Origin: Bacteroidota bacterium
Lineage (GTDB): Bacteria; Bacteroidota; Rhodothermia; Rhodothermales; UBA10348
Direction: 5' to 3'
Assembly (NCBI GenBank): GCA_004356265.1
Contig: SMXK01000067.1
Location: forward strand, 1-26,938
Length of the DNA: 26,938 nucleotides
A program made the translations under genes and the position numbers. The notes under the pieces are model-generated. The model searched no databases. It saw only the letters and a program-made list of their open reading frames with translations, and was not told the DNA's origin. This document shows, in pieces, positions 18,633 to 26,938 of the stretch (the first letter of the stretch is position 1; every line of letters begins with the position of its first letter).

Positions 18633-19595
18633 CTACGACCGGTAATGATTGATTACTTCGCTGATTCGAGTTACCGGGTCAGGGTGCGTATCAGGCACGA
18701 ACGATCCACCCGTCATTTTCTCATACAACTCGATATAACGTAGAGACACCTCTTCGACGAACTCCACGTCCAGGTCCGGCAATTGTTGACCATCCAGCCC
18801 CTGGAAACCTTGGTTCATCAACCATTCGCGTACAAATTCCTTTGACAGCTGGCGCTGGGGACGGTCGCCGGCTAACAGATCCTGATACGAATCAGCGTAG
18901 AAATATCGCGAGGAATCGGCGGTATGAATTTCGTCAATTACAATGAAGGAGCCGTCGGGAAGTCGACCAAATTCGTATTTGGTGTCTACCAGGATGAGGC
19001 CATTTGCCTTTGCTACCTCGGTTCCTCGCGCAAAAAGCGCCAGGGCGTTCTTTTTTAATAAGGAGACGGACTCTTCAGTCAGAATGTCTCGCTCTATGAT
19101 CTCGAGCACAGAAATATCTTCATCATGTCCGGATTCCGCTTTCGTAGCGGGAGTTAAGATCGGGTAAGGTAGCGCTGAGTTTTCTTTAAGGCCGTCTGGC
19201 AACGTCTCGCCACATAACAGGCGTCCACCAGACAGGTAGGTCCTCCATGCGTGACCAGCGAGATAACCTCTTACGACAAACTCTACGGGCAGCGCCTCGC
19301 ACAGAGTGGCCACCGTTACATTGGGATCTGGAATAGACAAGACGTGATTTTGAATGATATCAGCCGTCTTCTTAAAATGAAAAGCAGCCAGCTGATTCAG
19401 GACCTGTCCTTTGAACGGAATCGTCTGGCGAAGGATATGATCAAAGGCGGAGATACGATCCGTGGTGATGAGGAGCAGTTTGTCTCCCGCTACATACGTG
19501 TCCCGGACTTTACCCTTGTACGCGCGATCAAATCCTTTGTAGTCGGTTGAATCGAGTGTCCGCCCTATCTGGCTTTGTACCAGTTCCCGGTTCAT
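18633..19595 (-). CDS. purC: Phosphoribosylaminoimidazolesuccinocarboxamide (SAICAR) synthase
   Basis: GKVRDTY, TDRISAFD, KGQVLN, PVEFVVRGYLAG, TPATKA, LILVDTKYEFG, DEIHTADSSRY and LSKEFVREW. Confidence 0.97.
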   Translation of the reverse strand: MNRELVQSQIGRTLDSTDYKGFDRAYKGKVRDTYVAGDKLLLITTDRISAFDHILRQTIPFKGQVLNQLAAFHFKKTADIIQNHVLSIPDPNVTVATLCEALPVEFVVRGYLAGHAWRTYLSGGRLLCGETLPDGLKENSALPYPILTPATKAESGHDEDISVLEIIERDILTEESVSLLKKNALALFARGTEVAKANGLILVDTKYEFGRLPDGSFIVIDEIHTADSSRYFYADSYQDLLAGDRPQRQLSKEFVREWLMNQGFQGLDGQQLPDLDVEFVEEVSLRYIELYEKMTGGSFVPDTHPDPVTRISEVINHYRS

Positions 19596-19765
19596 GTGAG
19601 ATTGGAGGTCAGGTTTCTTGTAACAAGCGCTGAATTTATGGACTCAGGAGATTGACGTGTACAGCAACGCGCAGAACTTTGGAAGAAATTGATTTTATCG
19701 GGTGGATCATTCTATTCGGTACGGCTTAATTCACCTCTGTTTTTCTGCACTTCCCTGAATATTGC

Positions 19766-22237
19766 GTGGACTCAAGAACCGATTCCATATCGATTCCTGT
19801 AGAAGGAATGACATGCTCTGCCTGTGCTGCTCGGGTAGAACGCCGTCTCTCTGAACTTGAGGGGGTTGGCCATGTCAGTGTAAACTACGCAACTGAAAGT
19901 GCCGTAGTCTCGCATACCGGTGTGCCATCTTCAAGAATGGTTCAAACCATAGAGAAGGCGGGTTATGGGGTTCGCACGCTGATTGCAGAAACTGTAATCG
20001 ACAACCATGATAGTGCTGCCCGGATTGACCGACTGAAAAGCACTTTGGCAGATGCTGCCGGAGTTGTTTCTACCAGTGTCGATAAAGACCCGGATTCCGA
20101 CGGGCATCTTATCGAAGTTCGGTACATCCCTGACCTGGTGAAACCAGCATTTTTGTCGGATGTCTTTGGTCAGGCAAGAGGATCATCAACTCGCGTAGTT
20201 TCGACCGCAGATGCGCTCGCAGAAATCAGCAGAATTGAGGCAGATCGTTTTTCCACCGTCCGTCGGAAATTGTTTTTGAGTGCATTGCTGTCAGGAGCAA
20301 TCATGTATTTGTCGATGAACAGTCAGTTATTTCCGTCGACATATGTCTGGCACCTGGTCCTCTTCATGCTCAGTCTACCAGTTATATTTTATGCCGGGGC
20401 CGAGTTTTTCAAGGGAGCATTCATAGCAGCAAGACTTCGTAGCGCTGACATGAATACACTGGTGGCACTTGGGGTTGGCTCGGCGTTCATTTACAGTACC
20501 AGTGTATTTTTATTTCCCTCGTTCTTCTCAGGGATTTCCGGGGGAGACGCTGTGTACTTTGAAGCCGCAGTGATGATCGTAACGCTGATTCTGGCGGGAA
20601 GAATGCTCGAAGCGCGGGCTCGCACGAAAACAGGAGAGGCGATCCGGGCTCTTATTCGGTTGCAGCCCAACACGGCAAATTTGCTCAGAGACGGACGAAT
20701 AGTCTCAGTTCCCATAGAATCGTTGAGTCTCGGAGATTTGATTCGCGTATTGCCCGGTGAAAGCATCCCGGCCGACGGAATTATCTCAGAAGGACGGAGC
20801 AGCATTGATGAAAGCATGCTCACTGGAGAGTCCATTCCCGCTGAGAAATCTATTGGTGACAGAATCTGGGCGGGTACGTTGAATACGGTCGGAACTGTTG
20901 ATGTAACCGTATCCAGACTTGGCGAGGACGCGCTTATCTCACAGATTGTCCGAAGTGTTAAAAAGGCTCAGGAATCTAAAGCACCGGTACAGGCCCTGGC
21001 CGATCGCATCTCTGCCATTTTTGTACCTGTGGTTTTGCTGATCGCCATGATGACAGCGGCTGCATGGGCGGTATGGGGTCCGGAACCAGTGATAAACAAC
21101 GCCTTGCTTCGATTCGTGACCGTATTGATAATTGCCTGCCCCTGCGCCCTGGGCCTGGCAACGCCGACGGCCATTGTGGTCGGGACGGGTCGCGCGGCAG
21201 CCAAAGGAATTTTACTTCGGGGAGGAGACTCATTTCAAAAAATCGCATCATTATCGACCGTATTGGTCGATAAAACCGGGACTCTGACAGAAGGCCGACC
21301 CGAAGTAGTAGACATAATCGTGATGAATGGGTACTCGGAGGAGCATGTTCTTGCGGTGGCGGCTGCTCTGGAACACAAGTCCGAACACCCACTTGCAAAA
21401 GCCATTCGATTGGCTGGCCCCGAATTCGTCTCCGGTGTGGATGAGTTCAAAGTTGTGCCCGGCGAAGGGGTAAGCGGCATTGTTGATGGTGCGGTAATTC
21501 GTGTAGGGACTGAAAATTATGTCACGCAATTAAACGTCGATTCAAGGGACAAAAGATCGGCCAACTCAGGCAAAGACAGCATCCCGAAATCAAGCTCTTC
21601 TGAACAGTATCGGTCGTGGCTCGAATACGGTCACACCATCATTTCTGTCTCGCTGGACGCTACTCTGATCGGACAGATCGCCATAGCAGACCAGTTGCGT
21701 GACAGCGCAAAAAGAGGTGTAGATCGACTGAAAGATGAAGGTCTTTCAGTAATAATGGTTACGGGTGATCAGGCTGCCGCTGCCAATAGACTCGGTTCGT
21801 TACTGGATCTCGATCACGTGCATTCGGGGATTCGGCCAGAAGGTAAACGCCGACTGGTAGAGAAATATCAGTTGGATGGTCAGAGCGTGGCAATGGTCGG
21901 AGACGGAATCAACGATGCACCAGCACTTGCTCAGGCCGATATAGGCATAGCGATCGGATCGGGATCTGATATTGCCATCGAAGCGGGAGATATTACAATC
22001 ATATCGGGAGACGTCGGATCCGTTGCTGATGCCATCCGGTATGCAAAAAAAACCCTCCGCGTGATTTATCAAAACCTGGGATTCGCGTTTATTTACAACA
22101 TCTTGTTGATCCCGGTCGCAGCTGGCGTGTTATACCCCATGTTCGGTCTGACTCTCAGTCCCGTGATGGCCTCTGCGGCCATGGCTCTCAGCAGTATATC
22201 AGTTCTAGGTAACAGCTTGCGCTTGAAGCGCATGTAA
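19766..22237 (+). CDS. copA: Cu(I)-exporting P1B-1 ATPase
   Basis: GMTCSAC HMA domain, TGES, CPC in TM6, DKTGT, SEHP, GDGIND, YN in TM7 and MALSS in TM8 (Cu+ signature). GTG start. Confidence 0.96.
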   Translation: MDSRTDSISIPVEGMTCSACAARVERRLSELEGVGHVSVNYATESAVVSHTGVPSSRMVQTIEKAGYGVRTLIAETVIDNHDSAARIDRLKSTLADAAGVVSTSVDKDPDSDGHLIEVRYIPDLVKPAFLSDVFGQARGSSTRVVSTADALAEISRIEADRFSTVRRKLFLSALLSGAIMYLSMNSQLFPSTYVWHLVLFMLSLPVIFYAGAEFFKGAFIAARLRSADMNTLVALGVGSAFIYSTSVFLFPSFFSGISGGDAVYFEAAVMIVTLILAGRMLEARARTKTGEAIRALIRLQPNTANLLRDGRIVSVPIESLSLGDLIRVLPGESIPADGIISEGRSSIDESMLTGESIPAEKSIGDRIWAGTLNTVGTVDVTVSRLGEDALISQIVRSVKKAQESKAPVQALADRISAIFVPVVLLIAMMTAAAWAVWGPEPVINNALLRFVTVLIIACPCALGLATPTAIVVGTGRAAAKGILLRGGDSFQKIASLSTVLVDKTGTLTEGRPEVVDIIVMNGYSEEHVLAVAAALEHKSEHPLAKAIRLAGPEFVSGVDEFKVVPGEGVSGIVDGAVIRVGTENYVTQLNVDSRDKRSANSGKDSIPKSSSSEQYRSWLEYGHTIISVSLDATLIGQIAIADQLRDSAKRGVDRLKDEGLSVIMVTGDQAAAANRLGSLLDLDHVHSGIRPEGKRRLVEKYQLDGQSVAMVGDGINDAPALAQADIGIAIGSGSDIAIEAGDITIISGDVGSVADAIRYAKKTLRVIYQNLGFAFIYNILLIPVAAGVLYPMFGLTLSPVMASAAMALSSISVLGNSLRLKRM

Positions 22238-22248
22238 GGAAATAAATA

Positions 22249-22304
22249 TAATTATGTCAACGATAATATTAAAATTTAATTATGTCAACGATAACATTAA
22301 AATT
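22249..22304 (+). repeat. 28-bp tandem duplication (27/28 identical) containing the copZ start codon
   Basis: TAATTATGTCAACGATAATATTAAAATT (22249-22276) followed by TAATTATGTCAACGATAACATTAAAATT (22277-22304). Confidence 0.95.
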
Positions 22305-22509
22305 AGCGGGAATGCATTGCGCACATTGCGTGCATGCGGTCGAAGAAATAATTACTAAGGCGGACGGTATTAAAACAGAGTCCGTTTCCATCGGACTTGC
22401 CGAGTTTTCGACAACCGAAAACTGGATGGGGCTGGAGCTCTTGAAAACTGAACTCGATCGAGAAGGCTTTCGTATTCTTGACGTCGCGAGTCTGGAGAAC
22501 GAAGTATAA
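22282..22509 (+). CDS. copZ: CopZ-like copper chaperone (single HMA domain)
   Basis: GMHCAHC metal motif in a 75-aa HMA-like protein directly after copA. Confidence 0.88.
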   Translation: MSTITLKLAGMHCAHCVHAVEEIITKADGIKTESVSIGLAEFSTTENWMGLELLKTELDREGFRILDVASLENEV

Positions 22510-22515
22510 ACCGGC

Positions 22516-23910
22516 TCACTTACCAGCGACCGTCAGCATTTCTTCGACTGATGTTATCTTCACTCTTGGTCGGTCAGAGGCAGCGCCCGCTTGTGTCTCC
22601 CGTTCATTGATTTTCTCCCATTCGGAATAAGAAACCCATCGGGGCTGTTTTCCGGACACCATCGTCATTGCAGCTTCTAGACCAGGATTTGATGGTCGCA
22701 GGTGTATTCCGGAAACCAGATCTTCAAGCATGTGACCTACCGTTTCGAAAGCATCCGGTTTATTGGTTCCGATAACTCCATTAGGGCCTCGTTTTATCCA
22801 GCCGCCTACATAACAGCCCGGGACCACCTCCCCTGATTCTTCCACAGCACGCCCCTTGTCATTTCGAACAACCCCCCAGCTTTCATTGAACGGCAGGTCG
22901 GGGAGTGCAACGCCTCGATACCCGACGGACCGAAATACAAGGCCGACAGGTAATTCAATGGTTTCATCTGTGGCGCGGGCAGTAAGACGCGACCCACTGG
23001 CTTCGAGCCTGTTTCGAACAAGTTTCATTCCGCTGACTGCGCCCGATTCGTCGGATATCAGTTCGGTCGGAGATAACAAGAACCGGACCTGGCATTCTTT
23101 GGAACCGTTTTCATTCGTCCCGCCGATGTACGAATTAATAATCTCCAGTTTCTTGGATGTCATTCGGTCAGGTGTTTCCGTGAGAAGCTGTTCGCTCAGG
23201 GTATCCAGTCTGGCCTCTTCTTCGAGCACAACACAGGAGGCATCTTCGAGTGTCCCCATCTCCTTGATTTCGGGCAGGGTGAAGGCGGCTTGTGCCGGTC
23301 CGCGGCGACCGATCATGTAAATGGTTCGAACTTTACTTTTCGAGAGCGCTTCCAGCGCATAATCGGCTATATCGGTGGAAGCGAGTTCGCTCGCAGTTTT
23401 GCAAAGGATTCGGGCCACGTCGATTGCCACATTCCCCATTCCGATGATAGCGACACTTTTCTGAGAAAGGTCGAACTGCAGGTGCCGATACTCGGGATGC
23501 CCGTTATACCAGGCAACGAATTCCGTAGCAGAGTGGCTGCGAATAAGGTCTTCCCCCGGTATCCCGAGCTTTCTGTCTACGGCAGCTCCTGTCGAAAAAT
23601 ATACCTGGTGATAATGCTTCTTCAGATCAGCAAGGGACACATGGACCCCGTACTCCACGTTTCCGAAATATCTAAACCCCGGTCTTGCAGCTGTTTTGTC
23701 AAAAACGCGCGTTACATTTTTGATCTTTTCGTGATCCGGAGCGACCCCTGCTCGAACAAGTCCGTATGGTGTTGGTAATTTTTCATACATATCAACACGC
23801 ACATCAATGTCGTCCTGCCGCAACAATTTCTCGGCGGCGTAATATCCGGCGGGACCGGCTCCCACAATTGCAATCAGGGCAGGTTCAGACGGGGTACCAA
23901 GAGTAGACAT
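22516..23910 (-). CDS. FAD-dependent ferredoxin--NADP+ reductase, FprA/adrenodoxin reductase type
   Basis: GAGPAG FAD motif, GLVRAGVAPDH, FVAWYNGHP, GMGNVAIDVAR, GRRGPAQAAFT, RSVGYRG and GWIKRGPNGVIGTNK. Start placed at ATG 23910 (MSTLGTPSEP). Confidence 0.9.
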   Translation of the reverse strand: MSTLGTPSEPALIAIVGAGPAGYYAAEKLLRQDDIDVRVDMYEKLPTPYGLVRAGVAPDHEKIKNVTRVFDKTAARPGFRYFGNVEYGVHVSLADLKKHYHQVYFSTGAAVDRKLGIPGEDLIRSHSATEFVAWYNGHPEYRHLQFDLSQKSVAIIGMGNVAIDVARILCKTASELASTDIADYALEALSKSKVRTIYMIGRRGPAQAAFTLPEIKEMGTLEDASCVVLEEEARLDTLSEQLLTETPDRMTSKKLEIINSYIGGTNENGSKECQVRFLLSPTELISDESGAVSGMKLVRNRLEASGSRLTARATDETIELPVGLVFRSVGYRGVALPDLPFNESWGVVRNDKGRAVEESGEVVPGCYVGGWIKRGPNGVIGTNKPDAFETVGHMLEDLVSGIHLRPSNPGLEAAMTMVSGKQPRWVSYSEWEKINERETQAGAASDRPRVKITSVEEMLTVAGK

Positions 23911-24033
23911 AGGGTTGGAATTCGGGGCAATTAATGCAAGATGATAAGCACTCAAGTTATTAAAGCGACACGCCTGCCACAACCTTCGGCGCACAGGAAT
24001 ATCTGAAATGGAAACCGGCCTCCCGTCGACGGG

Positions 24034-26938
24034 TTGATTTGTGGTCAATCGATCCCAGACAAACGGTTTCTGCGTACGTTGAAGAGTATCATCGGAGTTC
24101 TATCGATTCTGGTTACGATCACCATGGTCGGCGACCTGCGTGCACAAATCTCTGAGGGGAAGAAGGCGCCGAGCCAATCCAACATCGACAGCTTCCCGTC
24201 CAGAATTGATACACTCGTTGTTCAGGGCCAAGGTCCGTTCTTAATCCACCCGTTTCTGCTAGAAAATACGATCATCGTTTACATCGATCAGAAGCGCGTG
24301 GCGCGTGAAGAATTCGAACTCGACTTGCTCAACGGCCTGATCACATTTATAAATCGCGTCGTCCCGCCGTCAGCCCTGTTTGTAGTACAATACAGATACA
24401 TTCCACTTGATCTTGCATCCAGCTACAGAATCTGGCCGTTGAGGATTAACAACACCGAAATGCCAGACTCGTCACCGATACGTTCGGCGAGAGCATCGGA
24501 TCTAAGCTTTTCGGTACCAACAAGAAGCAACCTCCGCTCCAGCGGTTCCATTACCCGCGGAGTATCGACAGGGACGGGCCAATCCGCAGGGATAGAATCG
24601 GGGCTTCGGGTTCAGGTGGAAGGTGAAATTACGGAAGGCATTTATCTGCAGGCAGCGTTAACGGACGAGAATACGCCGATTCTGCCGGAAGGCACTACCA
24701 GACGGATCAATGAATTTGATCGCATATTTATCAAGCTGCAGTCGCAATCGGGCACAGTTCAATTGGGTGATTTTGACGCCCGGGTAGATGGTGGATATTA
24801 TGGTCGCCTCCGTCGAAAACAGCAGGGTGTTTCCGTTAAAGCCAATATTCCGGCGTCCGGGTCGATCTTTAATGGTGCAAACATTCAAACTTCCGGCTCT
24901 ATATCCCGGGGGATATTTCGGTCCCAACAGGTTCAAGCGATCGATCGCATTCAAGGACCATACCGGCTTGAAGGCGTGAATGGTGAACGATTTATCATTG
25001 TGATTCCCGCATCTGAATCCGTGTTCATCAATGGAGTTCGTTTAGTCCGCGGCGACCGAAATGACTATGTGGTGGACTATGAAACCGGTGAAATAACGTT
25101 TACCCCATCTCAGATCATCAGTGCCGATCTCAGGATTACAGTGGAATTTGAATACACCACCAGCCAGTTTACCAGAACCATGTTCACGGCCAGTGGGGAT
25201 ACACATTTCGGCGGAATTTCTGATGGAGGCAGTCGTCTGACCCTTGGCGCGACGGTTTTGCGTGAGTCGGACAGCAAGGCTTTCGGAAGTGAATTCGGTC
25301 TCAGTGCTGAAGACATTTCTATCATTGAAGCTGCAGGGGACGGCCTTGCGTTTCGATCGGGAGCGATTGCAGTATTTTTTAATCCAGAGGCAACCTATAC
25401 GCAGTATCTCATTGAGCAGCGCGAAACCATCTCGGCCGATACCGTCAACATTTTCGTAGCCGTCAGTACAACACCACCGGATACGGCTACAGTTTATCGC
25501 GTCTCGTTTTCGAGATTGGGAGAGAGGCGGGGCAGCTACATTCGAACAGGGCTTGTCACTAATGGAATAGCCTATGAATGGGTCGGAATCGGCCAGGGAG
25601 AATACGAACCGATTCAATTGCTGCCCACGCCAGTATTGAATCAGATTATCGATTTCAGGGCGCGGGTGGTTATTTCAAGTGGATTTTCACTTTCTGCAGA
25701 ACTCGCGTCATCGCTGCAGGATCTGAATCGAATCTCGGAACTGGATGATCAAAACAACGCAGGGGAGGCGTATCGGATTGAGGCTAATTACTCGACGGGG
25801 AAATCAAAGTCCATCGGCTTGAATATTTTTCAGCGATATCGGTCTTCGTCTTTCCGAACGTTCAGTCGATCGCGCTCTATTGAATTTGCACGTGACTGGA
25901 ATCTTGTTGGAAGGATCGTAGATCCAACCGGAGGGATTTCGGGTGCGCAGTCGGAAAGAGAGTCTGACGCGAATGTTTTCTGGCACTGGACCGATTCATC
26001 TCGTGTCGAGGCGTCCTTGTCACATCTCAAGCTGGGCTCAACGTTTGAAGGACTCCGGGCAGGAGGTGGTTTCAAGTTATTCAGATCAGAATCCACTTTC
26101 GCTGATTATTCCATCAGCTTTCTCGAGACCGACGACTTTCTCGCAGACGAATCCGGTAGCTGGATCAGGCAAAAAGGTCGAATTTCGTATGGAATAAAAA
26201 AAGACAGGATAAGACCGTATTTCTCGGTCGAACATGAAGACCATCAACAAACGGAAGGGATCAATGGTGTCCTTGTGGCACCATCCACTCGGTTCATCGA
26301 TTCGCGGGGTGGTGTAGCTGTTCGGGGCCGGATTTACGAGGCGCGTTTTGAAATCAGAAACCGGCAGGAAGATTTTGTGGTTCTTAACGGTAATCGCCAA
26401 CCATACGATGCGCTGACCTTTGTCTCGTCCGGAAGTTATGACCCTGGACGACACCTCCATATCGAAGGAACCGTGGGATTAAGGTCAACTCGGGGCTCTG
26501 CCGTATCGGATATTTTAGTGCCTGCAGCAAGCAGTGACGGCAGTTTATTGATAGGACTGAACGGGCGTTGGCGTTCTGCTCCGTCTGGCTTCACTGTCAA
26601 CTGGTTGTATCAGGCTCAGTCAGAACGATCCACTGTTTTGCAGGAGATATATATAAGAACGGGGCAAGATCGGGGTGAATTTGTATGGATCGATATTAAC
26701 AATGACAGCGTCATGCAACTGGAAGAATTCATTCCCGAAACGCTGCCGAATGAAGGACAATTCATCCGATCCTATTTCCCTTCTGATGATTTCGAGGAAA
26801 TCACGACTGCTAAGGCTCGCATCAGGTTCGAGTACAGACATCCCGGGTCGCAGGGCACTGCGTCGGGTACAACATGGAACCGGTTTATACGTGGAATCGG
26901 CTCCGTCACACTTATTGATGTAGAAGAGCGGAGCCGAG
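24034..26938 (+). CDS. Large uncharacterised outer-membrane protein of Bacteroidota type with SprA-like segments; 3'-truncated and missing from the ORF track
   Basis: I translated frame +1 by hand and found no stop from 24007 to the window end. Candidate starts are TTG 24034 or 24079. Signal peptide ...SIIGVLSILVTITMVGDLRA|Q. Motifs include SGSITRG, ALTDENTPILPEGTT, QGPYRL, ESVFINGVRLVRG..NDYVVDYETGEITF and WIDINNDSVMQLEEF. Confidence 0.9.
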   Translation, partial: MICGQSIPDKRFLRTLKSIIGVLSILVTITMVGDLRAQISEGKKAPSQSNIDSFPSRIDTLVVQGQGPFLIHPFLLENTIIVYIDQKRVAREEFELDLLNGLITFINRVVPPSALFVVQYRYIPLDLASSYRIWPLRINNTEMPDSSPIRSARASDLSFSVPTRSNLRSSGSITRGVSTGTGQSAGIESGLRVQVEGEITEGIYLQAALTDENTPILPEGTTRRINEFDRIFIKLQSQSGTVQLGDFDARVDGGYYGRLRRKQQGVSVKANIPASGSIFNGANIQTSGSISRGIFRSQQVQAIDRIQGPYRLEGVNGERFIIVIPASESVFINGVRLVRGDRNDYVVDYETGEITFTPSQIISADLRITVEFEYTTSQFTRTMFTASGDTHFGGISDGGSRLTLGATVLRESDSKAFGSEFGLSAEDISIIEAAGDGLAFRSGAIAVFFNPEATYTQYLIEQRETISADTVNIFVAVSTTPPDTATVYRVSFSRLGERRGSYIRTGLVTNGIAYEWVGIGQGEYEPIQLLPTPVLNQIIDFRARVVISSGFSLSAELASSLQDLNRISELDDQNNAGEAYRIEANYSTGKSKSIGLNIFQRYRSSSFRTFSRSRSIEFARDWNLVGRIVDPTGGISGAQSERESDANVFWHWTDSSRVEASLSHLKLGSTFEGLRAGGGFKLFRSESTFADYSISFLETDDFLADESGSWIRQKGRISYGIKKDRIRPYFSVEHEDHQQTEGINGVLVAPSTRFIDSRGGVAVRGRIYEARFEIRNRQEDFVVLNGNRQPYDALTFVSSGSYDPGRHLHIEGTVGLRSTRGSAVSDILVPAASSDGSLLIGLNGRWRSAPSGFTVNWLYQAQSERSTVLQEIYIRTGQDRGEFVWIDINNDSVMQLEEFIPETLPNEGQFIRSYFPSDDFEEITTAKARIRFEYRHPGSQGTASGTTWNRFIRGIGSVTLIDVEERSR

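Noticed and set aside
19596-19765. Possible purine/ZTP riboswitch upstream of purC, or CueR/CsoR/CopY operator upstream of copA, including the palindrome CTTGT-A-ACAAG at 19617-19627
   Set aside because: No riboswitch consensus elements were seen. The 11-bp palindrome matches no copper operator I recognise and is short enough to be chance.
22249-22304. 28-bp repeat pair as a CRISPR remnant or insertion target-site duplication
   Set aside because: The copies are directly adjacent with no spacer or inserted element, and no cas, transposase or integrase gene is present.
23911-24048. 46-aa N-terminal extension of the FprA-type reductase
   Set aside because: It would fill the whole divergent promoter region and overlap the outer-membrane gene start; the FAD motif position fits ATG 23910.
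24658-26923. Short track ORFs such as 25042-25617, 26086-26460 and 26675-26923
   Set aside because: All lie within the continuous frame +1 ORF 24034->26938 and are shadows of it.

Overview
A gene-dense, roughly 50% GC bacterial chromosome segment with 21 coding regions. I found no RNA genes, CRISPR array or mobile element. The lineage is inferred to be Bacteroidota/FCB, most like Rhodothermota. The basis is a DUF5777 barrel, Gln at +1 of all four predicted signal peptidase I substrates, a Bacteroidota-type PruA, an N-terminally extended LigA and mostly SD-less starts. Left to right: (1) a 5'-truncated S9B dipeptidyl-peptidase IV-like gene. (2) A minus-strand operon of four exported proteins: PIG-L deacetylase, CX4CH monoheme cytochrome c lipoprotein, YceI and DUF5777 outer-membrane barrel. 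(3) A plus-strand rodZ-like/ligA/sodium:solute symporter/PgpH-like run. (4) A minus-strand run of pruA, amine dehydrogenase-family gene, membrane protein and PlmA-like GntR regulator. (5) lolC/E-moaD-moaE, then purC. (6) copA-copZ, with a 28-bp tandem duplication over the copZ start. (7) An FprA-type reductase. (8) A >=968-codon, 3'-truncated outer-membrane protein gene absent from the supplied ORF track. The best candidates for an undescribed system are the heme-lipoprotein/YceI/beta-barrel cassette (possible porin-cytochrome-like envelope module) and the amine dehydrogenase + P5C dehydrogenase + PlmA-like regulator cluster (possible transaminase-independent ornithine/diamine catabolism). All functional links are inference; no searches or computations were run.
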